From an uncultured bacterium (GTDB lineage: Bacteria > SAR324 > NAC60-12), in assembly GCA_965662235.1 (NCBI GenBank), contig CBFIGY010000010.1, positions 1 to 64,000 of the forward strand: a stretch of 64,000 bases of DNA. Reading direction: 5' to 3'. Shown here piece after piece: positions 11,250 to 20,727 of the stretch. Position 1 is the first letter of the stretch, and every line of letters starts with the position of its first letter. The translations under genes and the position numbers were made by a program. The notes under the pieces were generated by a model. The model ran no database searches, was not told the origin of the DNA, and saw nothing but the letters and a program-made list of their open reading frames with translations.

Positions 11250-11271
11250 CGCGGATCCCACGATCCGTGGA

Positions 11272-11301
11272 TTGACAAACACGGTGAAACTGCCCTATAA
11301 A
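11272..11301 (+). promoter_or_regulatory. Sigma70-like promoter
   Basis: TTGACA-N18-TATAAA upstream of the enoyl-CoA hydratase gene. Confidence 0.55.
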
Positions 11302-11355
11302 CAGGCGGAACCTGCGCGGCGCGTTCCCTGTGCTGCACTTGCTGCAAACCCTTGA

Positions 11356-12144
11356 ATGGACTACACCACCCTCACGCTCAACCAACGCCCACAAGGCGTC
11401 TGGGAAGTCACTCTGAGTCGCCCCGATGCCCACAATGCCATGAGCATCCGGATGATCCGGGAGCTGCGGCACCTTTGGGACCAATTGCGCGCGGACGACC
11501 GTGTCCGGATGGTGCTGCTGGCAGGCGCCGGAAAGAGCTTTTGCGCAGGCGCCGACCTCCGGTGGATGCAGGAAATTGCGCAGCAGCCCCGAGAACAGCG
11601 TCTCGCAGAAGCCCGGGAGCTGGCGGAGATGCTGCAGGCCCTAGACACGCTGCCTGCCCTGACGGTGGCGCGGGTGCATGGAGCCGCCTACGGAGGTGCG
11701 GTGGGGCTAATTGCCTGCTGTGACCTAGCGGTGGCATCTGAAGCGGCGGTGTTTGCGCTTACGGAGGTCAAACTGGGGCTGCTTCCGGCCACCATCTCTC
11801 CCTTTGTGATCCGGCGACTGGGCGCCTCGCAGGCCCGTCGGGTGATGCTGCACGCCAAGCGTTTCGACGCAGCGGAAGCACGGCAACTGGGGTTGATCAG
11901 CCGAGTGACCTCTGTGGAGGGCCTTGATGCGGCGGTGGATGAGGAACTCCGGTGGGCTCAGGCCTGCTCCCCGCACGCGGTGCAAACGACCAAAGCCCTC
12001 ATCCGAGAGGTTGAGGGACAGCGCCCTGAAGCCGTCCGGGAGTTCACCATCGGTCAGCTGGCAGAGGTGTGGGAGCACCCGGATGCTCAGGAAGGGATCC
12101 GTGCTTTTTTTGAAAAGCGTCCTCCAGCCTGGAAGCCAGAATGA
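11356..12144 (+). CDS. Enoyl-CoA hydratase family protein (methylglutaconyl-CoA hydratase-like)
   Basis: SFCAGADL.WM, GAAYGGAVGLIACCD, EVKLGLLPATISPFV and EGIRAFFEKRPP. Confidence 0.88.
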   Translation: MDYTTLTLNQRPQGVWEVTLSRPDAHNAMSIRMIRELRHLWDQLRADDRVRMVLLAGAGKSFCAGADLRWMQEIAQQPREQRLAEARELAEMLQALDTLPALTVARVHGAAYGGAVGLIACCDLAVASEAAVFALTEVKLGLLPATISPFVIRRLGASQARRVMLHAKRFDAAEARQLGLISRVTSVEGLDAAVDEELRWAQACSPHAVQTTKALIREVEGQRPEAVREFTIGQLAEVWEHPDAQEGIRAFFEKRPPAWKPE

Positions 12145-12755
12145 GGCCTCGGCACTTTTGCTGCATGTTGCCCCGAATCGTGCAACGCTGGGGACTGCTG
12201 CTGACGCTGATGCTCCTTCCGCATCTGGGAAGCGCACAGACGCTTTCGGAGATGGTTGAGGACGTGTTGCCTCAGTGGGAACGGCAGCACCAGGAGTTCT
12301 ACGCGGGAGCCGCGTGGATGGTGCTAAGCACCCCGCACTTCAACGCCTTCCGAGAGGCCGGGCAGTCGAACCTGATGGCCTTTGCCGAGTGGTGGCCGGA
12401 GGAACGCTGGGGCCTGCGTGGATTCGCGGCACAGCAGCGGTACCGTCGCTTCGGAGAAAATGGGGAGGAGGTCACCTTGAGGCACCTGGGCCTGATTGGA
12501 AAGGGGTGGGTTCTGCTTTCTGATCACTGGCAGGCTTCTGCAGGTGCTGGTGTGGCAACGACCCGTCTGGAGGCGTTGGGAGGAGACAAACAGGCGCTGA
12601 CCCTAGTCACCGAGTTTCTGCTGACCACACAGGTCGGCGAGGCTCTTTCTTTGGAATTTGGGACGTTGACGATGGATGGAGCAAGTGGCGAAGGCTCAGA
12701 CGATCAGCGTTTGGGTTCCACCAACTATGTAGCCGGGCTGAGTGTAGGGTTCTGA
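12141..12755 (+). CDS. Putative small outer-membrane beta-barrel protein
   Basis: Signal peptide, alternating beta-strand pattern, C-terminal YVAGLSVGF (terminal Phe). Confidence 0.55.
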   Translation: MRPRHFCCMLPRIVQRWGLLLTLMLLPHLGSAQTLSEMVEDVLPQWERQHQEFYAGAAWMVLSTPHFNAFREAGQSNLMAFAEWWPEERWGLRGFAAQQRYRRFGENGEEVTLRHLGLIGKGWVLLSDHWQASAGAGVATTRLEALGGDKQALTLVTEFLLTTQVGEALSLEFGTLTMDGASGEGSDDQRLGSTNYVAGLSVGF

Positions 12756-12791
12756 GCCCCTGCCCGAGAACGAACTGATGCAGCGAGGATA

Positions 12792-14318
12792 ATGCAACTG
12801 CCTAACGTAGACATTCTTTCCAAAGAGGACAAAGTTTGGTTCGCCCGTTCCATTGCCGGAATGGTGGTCGCAGACGGCCATGTGGATGACAGCGAACTGG
12901 AGTCCCTGAAAGAGGCGATCAGCTTCCTGGATGACCGGGAGGAAGTGAATCGGTTGATGGCAATTGTGAAGTCGGGGAAGCCGCCGCAGCTGGACGTGGC
13001 CCACATTGAGTCCAAGCAGGCCTTCATCATCCTCAAGTACCTCGCGGAGGTGATGGTGGCAGATGCCGTCCTTTCCCCTTCTGAGGTGGACTACTTCCTT
13101 TCCGTCGGCAAGCTGCTAGGCTTCACGCCGAACATTTTGACCAAGCTATGGCGGACCGCCCGGAGCACTCTGGAAGCGGCCAAGCCCAAAGGCATGATTG
13201 ACGCGGGCAAGAGTGGCAAGATTGAGGTGGCCCTGCTGACCCTGAATGAAGAGCGTTGTGGGTTCCGCTTCCCTCGTCCATTGATGCCGAACTCTCGACT
13301 GATCCTGCAGGTGTGCAAGGGGGATGGCAACTACCACAATCCGGTGCAGATGCGGTTGGAAAAGCAAACCGCTGATCGGCATGACGAGGGTTCCTACCAA
13401 GTGGTGGCCAAGATTGAGCAGCGCATTGCTGAAGGCAACGGCATTTTGGAATACCTCTACCCAGACCGCTTCATGCCGGAAGAAGACACCCGCCTGTCGC
13501 CCAGCAAGTCCTCCCTGACAGGACGGCTGGTCCGGTGTCCGGTGTGCTTGACCAACAAGATCCCCTTCTACATCCTCCGTTCCCGGAGCATGATCACCAA
13601 GCAAAACATCTTCGGCATCGGCAAGTACGTCAAGCCGGCGGGGCAGTTGGACTTCTGCAACTTCCATCTGCTTGAGGTCAGTTCGTGTCCCAAGTGCGCC
13701 TTTTCTTCCAACACCATTGAGCACTTCCAGCGGACCACACACGAGGAACCAACGTTTGACGTGGAAATCTTCAAGGCCGGTTGGGAGGAAGCTTCGGCTG
13801 ACCTGCTGAAGAAGCTACAGGCCCAAGGAGAAAGCTATTCCACTGAAGAACGGACGGTGGAGCAGGCGTTGCTGTCCTACGACCTAGGCATGAAGACCTT
13901 CCGGCATTTGGCTTCGAAGGCCGAGGATGAACGTGACAGCTTGGTGTACCTGCGGAAGGTGGTTTCGTACCTGATGATCCAGGCGGAACTCCTGATGGAA
14001 GAGGGACAGAAAGAGAGAGCTGTCAATAACCTCAAGGAGGTCATCTCCACGCTGGAGCCCCTCTTTGAGCAAATGGAAGCCGAGGTGATCATCCGCTCGG
14101 CAACCCTCTTGTTCCAGATCATGGTCTACCTGAAGGACTACCAGAAGGCAGGCATGTACATGAAGTTCATTGATAACTACAACACGGAGGGCAAGTTGGA
14201 TCCGGGTGGGGACGAGTACAAGACCCTGCAGATCTGTGCCGCGACCATCAAACGGACTTATGATGATCGGGAAATGCTCGCCTTTGATCAACTGGCTTCC
14301 TTCCACATGGAAGGCTAA
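12792..14318 (+). CDS. TerB-like + DUF2225-like (zinc ribbon/helical repeat) multidomain protein
   Basis: N-terminal 'MVVADGHVDDSE' and 'VMVADAVLSPSE' TerB-type motifs; CPVC...CPKCAFS zinc ribbon followed by helical repeats. Confidence 0.7.
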   Translation: MQLPNVDILSKEDKVWFARSIAGMVVADGHVDDSELESLKEAISFLDDREEVNRLMAIVKSGKPPQLDVAHIESKQAFIILKYLAEVMVADAVLSPSEVDYFLSVGKLLGFTPNILTKLWRTARSTLEAAKPKGMIDAGKSGKIEVALLTLNEERCGFRFPRPLMPNSRLILQVCKGDGNYHNPVQMRLEKQTADRHDEGSYQVVAKIEQRIAEGNGILEYLYPDRFMPEEDTRLSPSKSSLTGRLVRCPVCLTNKIPFYILRSRSMITKQNIFGIGKYVKPAGQLDFCNFHLLEVSSCPKCAFSSNTIEHFQRTTHEEPTFDVEIFKAGWEEASADLLKKLQAQGESYSTEERTVEQALLSYDLGMKTFRHLASKAEDERDSLVYLRKVVSYLMIQAELLMEEGQKERAVNNLKEVISTLEPLFEQMEAEVIIRSATLLFQIMVYLKDYQKAGMYMKFIDNYNTEGKLDPGGDEYKTLQICAATIKRTYDDREMLAFDQLASFHMEG

Positions 14319-14329
14319 TGAGATAGACC

Positions 14330-15901
14330 ATGGCTGACGCCCCTGCAGAAGGCACAAAGGAAGAACGTCCCCGTAACGGAAAAATCTTTGTCATGCTCCC
14401 AGAGCCGCTGATGAAGCGGGTCATGGGGCCCCTGCGCCAGAGCCTGCTGGCCCTGAATGTGGCATTTGAGATTGGCAACGAGGAGACGCCTGCTGAGAAG
14501 CTCTCGAACTTCCAGTGGATCATCCGCTTTCCCTGGACCATTCCGTCGGGGAAGCTTCAGGATGACAAGGCCGGACTCTTTCTGTACCGTGCCGCAGGGA
14601 TGGTCAAGATCCAAGAAAGCAAACTTCCTCCTCAACGCAATGAGCACCTGACTCAGATCCTAGAGCGCTTTCAGGTGGCTCAGGAGAGCGTTGAGACTCG
14701 GGAAACCCGCCCTGAGTTTCTCAAGCTTTCAGTGGCCGACTTCAACCTCCGTCAGCGGCAGCAGGAATCTCGTCAGCTGCGGGCCCGCATCACCGACCTC
14801 AACCGCGTGGTGGAAGAGGTCGAAAGTGCCTACTACTACGGCATCAGCTACCTCTTCAATACGGCGATTGCCCAAGTGACTGGGGTTGCGGTTCTGCAGG
14901 GCATCATGAAAGGACTGGTGCGCCTGATGATCATTGACAACCTGGGCAACCGGACCATTGACGGCCTCGTGAAGCTGGGCTTCAGCAAGAAGTTCCTGGC
15001 CACGATGTCCACCGCCCAGCTGGCGGAAAAGTACCAGGAGTTCAAGAAGACCGAAGACGGGCAGAAGTACAACGCCCAGGAGTTCCTCTTCCAGAGTGAG
15101 GAGTTCAAGAACGTGGACATCGTCTTCTTCAACAACTGGGACTTCTCAGAAGATAACTTCACGGTCCGGGTCGGACTCCGGAAGAAGACCGTCCTCAGCA
15201 AGAAGGAAGAGCAGAAGAAGCGGCAGGAGAAGTTCCTAGAAGACCGCATGAATGAAGCCAAGGCTCAGCTGAGCGAACAGCAGGCCAAGCTCAAGCCCCT
15301 TGAAGAAGAGATCGAGGTGATTGAGATCAACAACATGCAGGAGAAGGAGAAGCGTTACCAGACCCTGCTCAAGCAGCGCAAACGCTTGCTCACGCAGGTC
15401 CACCGCAGTGAGGCTCGGCTCAAGGAGCTGGAGCGTCCGGTGAATGCGTCTGACCAGCAGCTGCTTCTGACCTTTGACCTGTTTGAGAGCTTCCGGAGCC
15501 GTCAGAGCTTCCGGGACAAGCTGGGAGACGCTTTTACCGGGCTCGGATTCGGGGACCTCTGGCAAAAGAGCGTGGGCGTGGACGCAGCCAAGAGCTTCCA
15601 CAACCTCTTCAAGATGGCCCAGTATGCGAAGGACCTGATTCAGGTGGAGCAGCGGGTTCAGAAGCTGGAGGCCTCCTGGAAGCAGCTGGAGGAGCAGCTT
15701 GCGCGATTCTCCATGCATCATGGCTTGGTGAAGAAACGCAAGGGCGCTCGTCCGGGAGAGCCTGAAAGCTACCAGCCCGTGCTGGAGGAGCACATCCTAG
15801 AGAAGCTGGAGACAGCGATCTTGAGTTGTGAGATCGTCAACACCTTCCAGCGCCTCCGGGAAGAAGCCAAAGCGCAAAACGCGACCCTGGAGCTGGAGTG
15901 A
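14330..15901 (+). CDS. Hypothetical coiled-coil protein
   Basis: 523-aa ORF with host-like codon usage and long K/E/Q-rich heptad segments, 11 bp after the previous gene. Confidence 0.8.
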   Translation: MADAPAEGTKEERPRNGKIFVMLPEPLMKRVMGPLRQSLLALNVAFEIGNEETPAEKLSNFQWIIRFPWTIPSGKLQDDKAGLFLYRAAGMVKIQESKLPPQRNEHLTQILERFQVAQESVETRETRPEFLKLSVADFNLRQRQQESRQLRARITDLNRVVEEVESAYYYGISYLFNTAIAQVTGVAVLQGIMKGLVRLMIIDNLGNRTIDGLVKLGFSKKFLATMSTAQLAEKYQEFKKTEDGQKYNAQEFLFQSEEFKNVDIVFFNNWDFSEDNFTVRVGLRKKTVLSKKEEQKKRQEKFLEDRMNEAKAQLSEQQAKLKPLEEEIEVIEINNMQEKEKRYQTLLKQRKRLLTQVHRSEARLKELERPVNASDQQLLLTFDLFESFRSRQSFRDKLGDAFTGLGFGDLWQKSVGVDAAKSFHNLFKMAQYAKDLIQVEQRVQKLEASWKQLEEQLARFSMHHGLVKKRKGARPGEPESYQPVLEEHILEKLETAILSCEIVNTFQRLREEAKAQNATLELE

Positions 15902-16092
15902 GCCGACACTGCCCAGCGTGTGGCGCCTGGATCTCTTGGTTCAGCCAGCGCTGTGCACACTGTGGTCACGCCACTGGGGTTCCCCTCTCTGTCATCCTGA
16001 AAGCGATGCTTTACTTTGCCATCGCCTTCCTGCTCACACGCCTGTCTGTCGGGCTCTTCCTTTCCCAACCTTAGTTCCCACAAGCGCTCTTC

Positions 16093-16536
16093 ATGAACTT
16101 AACCGATCTTCAGGAAGCCCTGCGGCTTCAGGAACAGTCCTCTTCGTCCAACCTCTCACAGCTGCTGGAGTGCCGTCGCCTGCTGGACCTGTCCCGGAGT
16201 CGCTGTCAGTTGCTGGAACAGTCGGCTCAAGAAGCTGAATCCGAGGACGATCAGGCCGTCATTCTAGCGGCACTGGAGGAGGAGCGGCAGCGGCTGGAGA
16301 TTTTTTCCTTTGACTACCTGATGCTGCTGGAGGATGAGCGACAGTGGTCCCTGATGCACGTCAAGTGCTTCCACGAGATGGCGTTTCCCAAAGAAGGGGT
16401 CTGGCGGACGTTCTTCAGCGAGGCGTTTGAGGAGGAGGACCTGACCTTCCGGAAACGCATTCAGGAACAGCGCGACCTAGCGGAGGCGGTGAAGATGAGG
16501 AGGATAGAGGAGGAAATCGGAGGGGAGGAAGAGTAG
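16093..16536 (+). CDS. Hypothetical acidic helical protein
   Basis: 147-aa Glu-rich ORF filling an otherwise empty interval. Confidence 0.65.
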   Translation: MNLTDLQEALRLQEQSSSSNLSQLLECRRLLDLSRSRCQLLEQSAQEAESEDDQAVILAALEEERQRLEIFSFDYLMLLEDERQWSLMHVKCFHEMAFPKEGVWRTFFSEAFEEEDLTFRKRIQEQRDLAEAVKMRRIEEEIGGEEE

Positions 16537-16599
16537 GAGCCTCAGCCGGAGTGACAGGGGGGGAACACTGCCAGCCAAAGCTCCTCAAAGCGGTGAAGC

Positions 16600-16917
16600 T
16601 TACAGGCTCATGGCCGGCATCATGGCTTCAACGTTTGCCATCCACTGCATGGACTGCTTGCGCATTTCCTGGGTGGTCTTGCGAACCATGCCGTAGGTCT
16701 CGTTGACGGCATTCATCTGCATGGTCTTCAGGGTGGCCATGGAATCATTCATCTTCATCATCTCCATGGCAGGAGCCTTTTCCATCATTCCGTAAGCGGA
16801 CTCCAGAGACTTCTTCTGCATGGCTTCCACTTCGTTCAGTCCCTTCTCGTACTGATCGTACCAGGTGGTGTACATTTGCATGACGGGCTCGAACACTGAT
16901 TTCTTTGCTTGACTCAT
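16600..16917 (-). CDS. Met-rich, phasin-like small helical protein
   Basis: 105 aa with 20 Met and an amphipathic helical pattern. Follows an AT-rich divergent intergenic region. Confidence 0.7.
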   Translation of the reverse strand: MSQAKKSVFEPVMQMYTTWYDQYEKGLNEVEAMQKKSLESAYGMMEKAPAMEMMKMNDSMATLKTMQMNAVNETYGMVRKTTQEMRKQSMQWMANVEAMMPAMSL

Positions 16918-17030
16918 GGCGCTTGACCTTGGATGGGGGTGAAAAACAAGTAACTCTCCCTACGATAGAGGGACTGGGAGTAAATTGCAACTTTAATTTT
17001 AATTTTTATTGATTAAACCTAAAAATAACT

Positions 17031-17507
17031 ATGAGTGTGGATCCTCCCAATTCACAAGAAGTGATGGAGCACCTGCGTTCGACCAGTGGACTGGCCTTTC
17101 TGCAGTCGATTGCTGAGGGGCAGCGTTCGCAGCCACCGATTGCGCAGCTGATGGATTTTCGGCTGGTAGAGGTGACTGCCGGACGAGTGGTTTTTTCCGG
17201 AACCCCTCAGCTTCAGCACTACAATCCGATTGGCTCTGTTCACGGAGGCTATGCCTGCACGTTGCTGGATTCCTGCATGGCTTGCTCGGTGCAATCGATG
17301 CTTCAGGCAGGGCAGGGGTACACGACGCTGGAGCTGAAGGTCAACCTGGTCCGTCCAATCACGGATGCCACAGGACCGGTTCAGGCGATTGGAGAGGTGA
17401 TTCACGTGGGACGCCGGACCGGAACCGCCGAGGGGAAACTGGTGGATGCTTCCGGAAAGCTCTTGGCGCACGGAACCACCACCTGCCTGATCATGTCGCT
17501 CAGTTAA
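17031..17507 (+). CDS. PaaI-family thioesterase
   Basis: HYNPIGSVHGGYACTLLDSCM, YTTLELKVN and AHGTTTCLI. Confidence 0.9.
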   Translation: MSVDPPNSQEVMEHLRSTSGLAFLQSIAEGQRSQPPIAQLMDFRLVEVTAGRVVFSGTPQLQHYNPIGSVHGGYACTLLDSCMACSVQSMLQAGQGYTTLELKVNLVRPITDATGPVQAIGEVIHVGRRTGTAEGKLVDASGKLLAHGTTTCLIMSLS

Positions 17508-17515
17508 ACGATCGG

Positions 17516-18880
17516 ATGCTGAACAGCTTTCCTCATACGCTCCGTCGCTACGGACTGCACGCGGACGCCCGGCTGCTGCTGGAGGTCTTTGCGTTGGCCG
17601 AACGTGGTGTCATCACCAACCTTGGATCCTTGCACGACGCGGCTCAGCACCTCGTTTGCAAGTCCCGGCGCGACTTTGGTCCCTACAGCCTGGCCTTCTG
17701 GGAACACTTCCTGGGCATTGAGGTTCAGGAGCACCGCACCCTAGACGATGCGGTTCGACACTCGTCCGCGTTCGAGCACTGGCTGAGCCAGCAGATGGAC
17801 ACGGCACTGGCCGATCAGGTCATTGACTGGCGCTCGCACGTGGATCGCTTCCTCAACGAGGTGATGGCGTCGAACCTAGTGGCCGACCTCCGGAAGGAAC
17901 TGGATGCGCGTGAACACCTTGATCAGGATGCTCCGGACCTACGTGATCAGGAAGCCTCTGGTCCTCAGCGCCCTCCGGTGCCGTCGGATACCCTGGTTGA
18001 CTACTCACAGATTCCCATGGAGGAATTGCTGGAACGCATGCGCCGCGTGGCCGATCAGCAGAAGGCTCCTCACAGCGGAGGAGGGCACTGGATTGGCAGT
18101 CACGGGCACTCGCCTTATGGACACTCCGGGTCCGGACTGCACGGCATCCGCGTGGGAGGTGCCGGGAATGCGGGGAGCGCCCGCAAGGTGCTGGGAGATC
18201 CCGGGTTCTTCCCAGTGGATCTGGACGCGCCCCTGAATGACGACACCCTAGATGCCGCCCTCCAGGCCCTGAAGGACCTCCAGGACACTCACTCCGATCG
18301 TCAGCTAGATGTGGCCCGGACGGTGGAAGACGCCGGAAACCACGCAGGCATCGTGGTGCCGCACTTCCTCCGGGAGCAAGAAGATCGCATCAAGGTCATG
18401 CTGCTGCTCGACAACGGAGGGAGTTCCATGTGGGCGCACGTGCACACCGTGCAGCGCCTGTTTGCCAAGATGAAGCGCCGGTTTCCACAGGACCTGCGGT
18501 GCTACTACTTTCACAACGCCATCTACTCCCAGGTCTACGAAGACGCCTCTCGTCGCAAACCGGTGCCGCTGAAGAAACTGCTGGAGCAGAGTCCGGACTA
18601 CCGTGTCTTTGTGATCGGTGATGCCTACATGGCTGCGCATGAGCTGCTGGCTCCGTTCGGGGCCATTGAGTACCGTGAAGAGAGTCCGGTGCCCAGCGTG
18701 ACGCAGCTGGAATCGATCCGTGAGCACTTCCCTTACCTGTGCTGGCTGAACCCGACGCCTCAGCCGTTCTGGGCTCGGACGGTGGCACCGTTCATTCAGA
18801 AGGTCATGCCCATGTATCCCCTCACGGTCCGGGGACTGACTGAGGCGATTCAGGTCTTTAACCGGACCAAACACTTCTGA
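17516..18880 (+). CDS. VWA-domain (CoxE-like) protein
   Basis: LDVARTV, MIDAS-like LLDNGGSSM, YYFHN, IGDAYMA..EL and WLNP. Start reassigned to ATG 17516. Confidence 0.8.
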   Translation: MLNSFPHTLRRYGLHADARLLLEVFALAERGVITNLGSLHDAAQHLVCKSRRDFGPYSLAFWEHFLGIEVQEHRTLDDAVRHSSAFEHWLSQQMDTALADQVIDWRSHVDRFLNEVMASNLVADLRKELDAREHLDQDAPDLRDQEASGPQRPPVPSDTLVDYSQIPMEELLERMRRVADQQKAPHSGGGHWIGSHGHSPYGHSGSGLHGIRVGGAGNAGSARKVLGDPGFFPVDLDAPLNDDTLDAALQALKDLQDTHSDRQLDVARTVEDAGNHAGIVVPHFLREQEDRIKVMLLLDNGGSSMWAHVHTVQRLFAKMKRRFPQDLRCYYFHNAIYSQVYEDASRRKPVPLKKLLEQSPDYRVFVIGDAYMAAHELLAPFGAIEYREESPVPSVTQLESIREHFPYLCWLNPTPQPFWARTVAPFIQKVMPMYPLTVRGLTEAIQVFNRTKHF

Positions 18881-18996
18881 GGATTCGGGAGGGCGCCTGA
18901 TGGCCGGGCGGGAAAAAGCTTGCGCTCCTGAAGGGCCTGAGGGATAACACTGCCTAATCCGCTGATGAACTGATTGCAACTCCTCGGGAGGCTCGT

Positions 18997-19437
18997 ATGA
19001 ACTGGAAAACAGGTGTGGTGCTGCTGACCCTAGTGGGAATGAGCGGTGTGGCGGGCGCTGAGACCCGGGACGATCAAATTTCGCTGATGGCCAAACGGCT
19101 GGCCAAGAGCCTCTCCATGAAGGACCCCACGGCGCGTTGGGAAGGCCACACGGCCTCAACGGACTCGGGCGCAGCTCCGCAGCTGGAGGCCATGCCTCCG
19201 GTGGGAAGTGGAGTGCCGGTGAACCCGGCTCTGGGAGGCACGCCTCCGTACCGGAACGTCCCTCTGGCAGAAGAGGAGCGGAGCCGGATGGCTCGGAACC
19301 TGGCTAAGGAACTGACCTGGGGCGGCCGAGCGCAGCGGGCAGATGTGAAGTATGCGCCTCCGAAGACTCCTGCGGGCAGCAAAATCTATCCGGAAGACCG
19401 GATGCCTAAGGGCAGCGTCGAGCCCTCGTTTCAGTAA
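18997..19437 (+). CDS. Exported hypothetical protein
   Basis: GGAGG RBS, signal peptide (AGA-ET), Pro-rich, internal repeat MAKRLAKSL / MARNLAKEL. Confidence 0.65.
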   Translation: MNWKTGVVLLTLVGMSGVAGAETRDDQISLMAKRLAKSLSMKDPTARWEGHTASTDSGAAPQLEAMPPVGSGVPVNPALGGTPPYRNVPLAEEERSRMARNLAKELTWGGRAQRADVKYAPPKTPAGSKIYPEDRMPKGSVEPSFQ

Positions 19438-19444
19438 CTGCCGG

Positions 19445-20143
19445 TCACACGCGCTCGGGTTCCACTTCCACCAGCTTGCCGGCTTCCACCCGCAGAATCG
19501 TCTTGGCCAGAGAGAGGATCTCTGTGCTGTGGGTGGCGATGAGCATGGTGGTTCCAAATTCCTCTGCCAATTCCCGCAACAGTTCCAGCACTTCCTCTCC
19601 GGTCCGTCCGTCCAGGTTTCCAGTGGGCTCGTCTGCCAGCAACAGGGCTGGCTGATGAATCAGGGCCCGGGCGATGGCGACCCGTTGCTGCTCGCCGCCT
19701 GACAGCCGGTCTGGAAAGCTCTGCCCTCGGGTTCCCAGGCCGAGCCGTTTCAGCAGGTCCTGTGCCTGAGTGCCCTTGCGGAGGCCGTTCAGCTCCAGTG
19801 GAAGCTCCAGGTTTTCTGCAACCGTTAGGGTGGGGATGAGGTTGAAGGACTGAAAGACAAAGCCCATGCGCTTGCGGCGAAACAGCGTCCGCTCTCGCTC
19901 GCTCAGGTGATTGAGGCACTGCCCGTCCACCCACACCTCTCCGGCGTCCGGAAGGTCGATGCCGGCAATGAGGTTGAGCAGCGTGGACTTCCCGGAGCCG
20001 CTCTTTCCCAGCAGCGCGCACGTGTGACCCGGGGCTAGGCTGAGGTCCACCCCGTCGAGGACCTGATGCATGACCGGACCTTCGTGGTAGGCCTTGCGGA
20101 GCTGACGGAGCTGGAGAAACGCGGAGGGCGCAGGAGCGTTCAT
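19445..20143 (-). CDS. ABC transporter ATP-binding protein (LolD/YbbA-like)
   Basis: [32 protein letters not shown] and [11 protein letters not shown]. Start set at ATG 20143. Confidence 0.92.
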   Translation of the reverse strand: MNAPAPSAFLQLRQLRKAYHEGPVMHQVLDGVDLSLAPGHTCALLGKSGSGKSTLLNLIAGIDLPDAGEVWVDGQCLNHLSERERTLFRRKRMGFVFQSFNLIPTLTVAENLELPLELNGLRKGTQAQDLLKRLGLGTRGQSFPDRLSGGEQQRVAIARALIHQPALLLADEPTGNLDGRTGEEVLELLRELAEEFGTTMLIATHSTEILSLAKTILRVEAGKLVEVEPERV

Positions 20144-20277
20144 GACGGTTTCAAAGAAGCGGGAATTCAAAGGTCTGGATTGCGTTACCTGAAAAGCATT
20201 GTGCGGGAGGTGCTTCGGAATGCAACCGGAAAATGGAGAGGGGGTCGGAGGCTCCGTGGAACCTCCGGAGGAGGGAG

Positions 20278-20466
20278 TCAATAGAGATCGGCTTCCTGAG
20301 TCTCAGTCATCTCCAAAATTTCATCCGAGATCAGAAAATCCATCCCCAGCACTGGTTCCCCAGCGACGCGGTCGATTCGCTGAATCGTGCCACCTTGCTC
20401 CAGGTACCGGGCCATGGCTTCGCTGATGTCATCTTGGGTGATCTCCGTATTCATAGGGCGATTCAT
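20278..20466 (-). CDS. Small acidic protein resembling the SutA RNA-polymerase-binding domain
   Basis: DDISEAMARYLEQGGTIQRI matches the 'AM..(F/Y)L..GG.(V/I)Q.I' pattern. AGGAG upstream; the true start may be ATG 20454. Confidence 0.6.
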   Translation of the reverse strand: MNRPMNTEITQDDISEAMARYLEQGGTIQRIDRVAGEPVLGMDFLISDEILEMTETQEADLY

Positions 20467-20594
20467 CTCCTGAGGGTTATTGATTTGGGTCAGTCGGGAA
20501 CAGCGGGTCCCGCTACCCTGCCCACAGCAAATGATGGGCCACGCCCAACCGGTAATCTCCTTGATCTTTGGTCACAGGGCCGCTATCAAGGACC

Positions 20595-20609
20595 GCTGTG
20601 GGTGTGCCA
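20595..20609 (-). promoter_or_regulatory. Possible sigma54 (-24/-12) promoter
   Basis: Minus strand TGGCACACCCACAGC gives GG-N10-GC with a perfect TGGCAC, about 130 bp upstream of the small acidic protein. Confidence 0.4.
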
Positions 20610-20727
20610 GCGTGGCTGAATCACTCAGAGCCCAACCCAGGAGCATCCGGCTCCTTTAATTGAACCCGGAAGGTGGCTCCAGAAGCACCCTCTGCATCTG
20701 CCAGCCGGGCCTGAGTCAAGAGTACCC

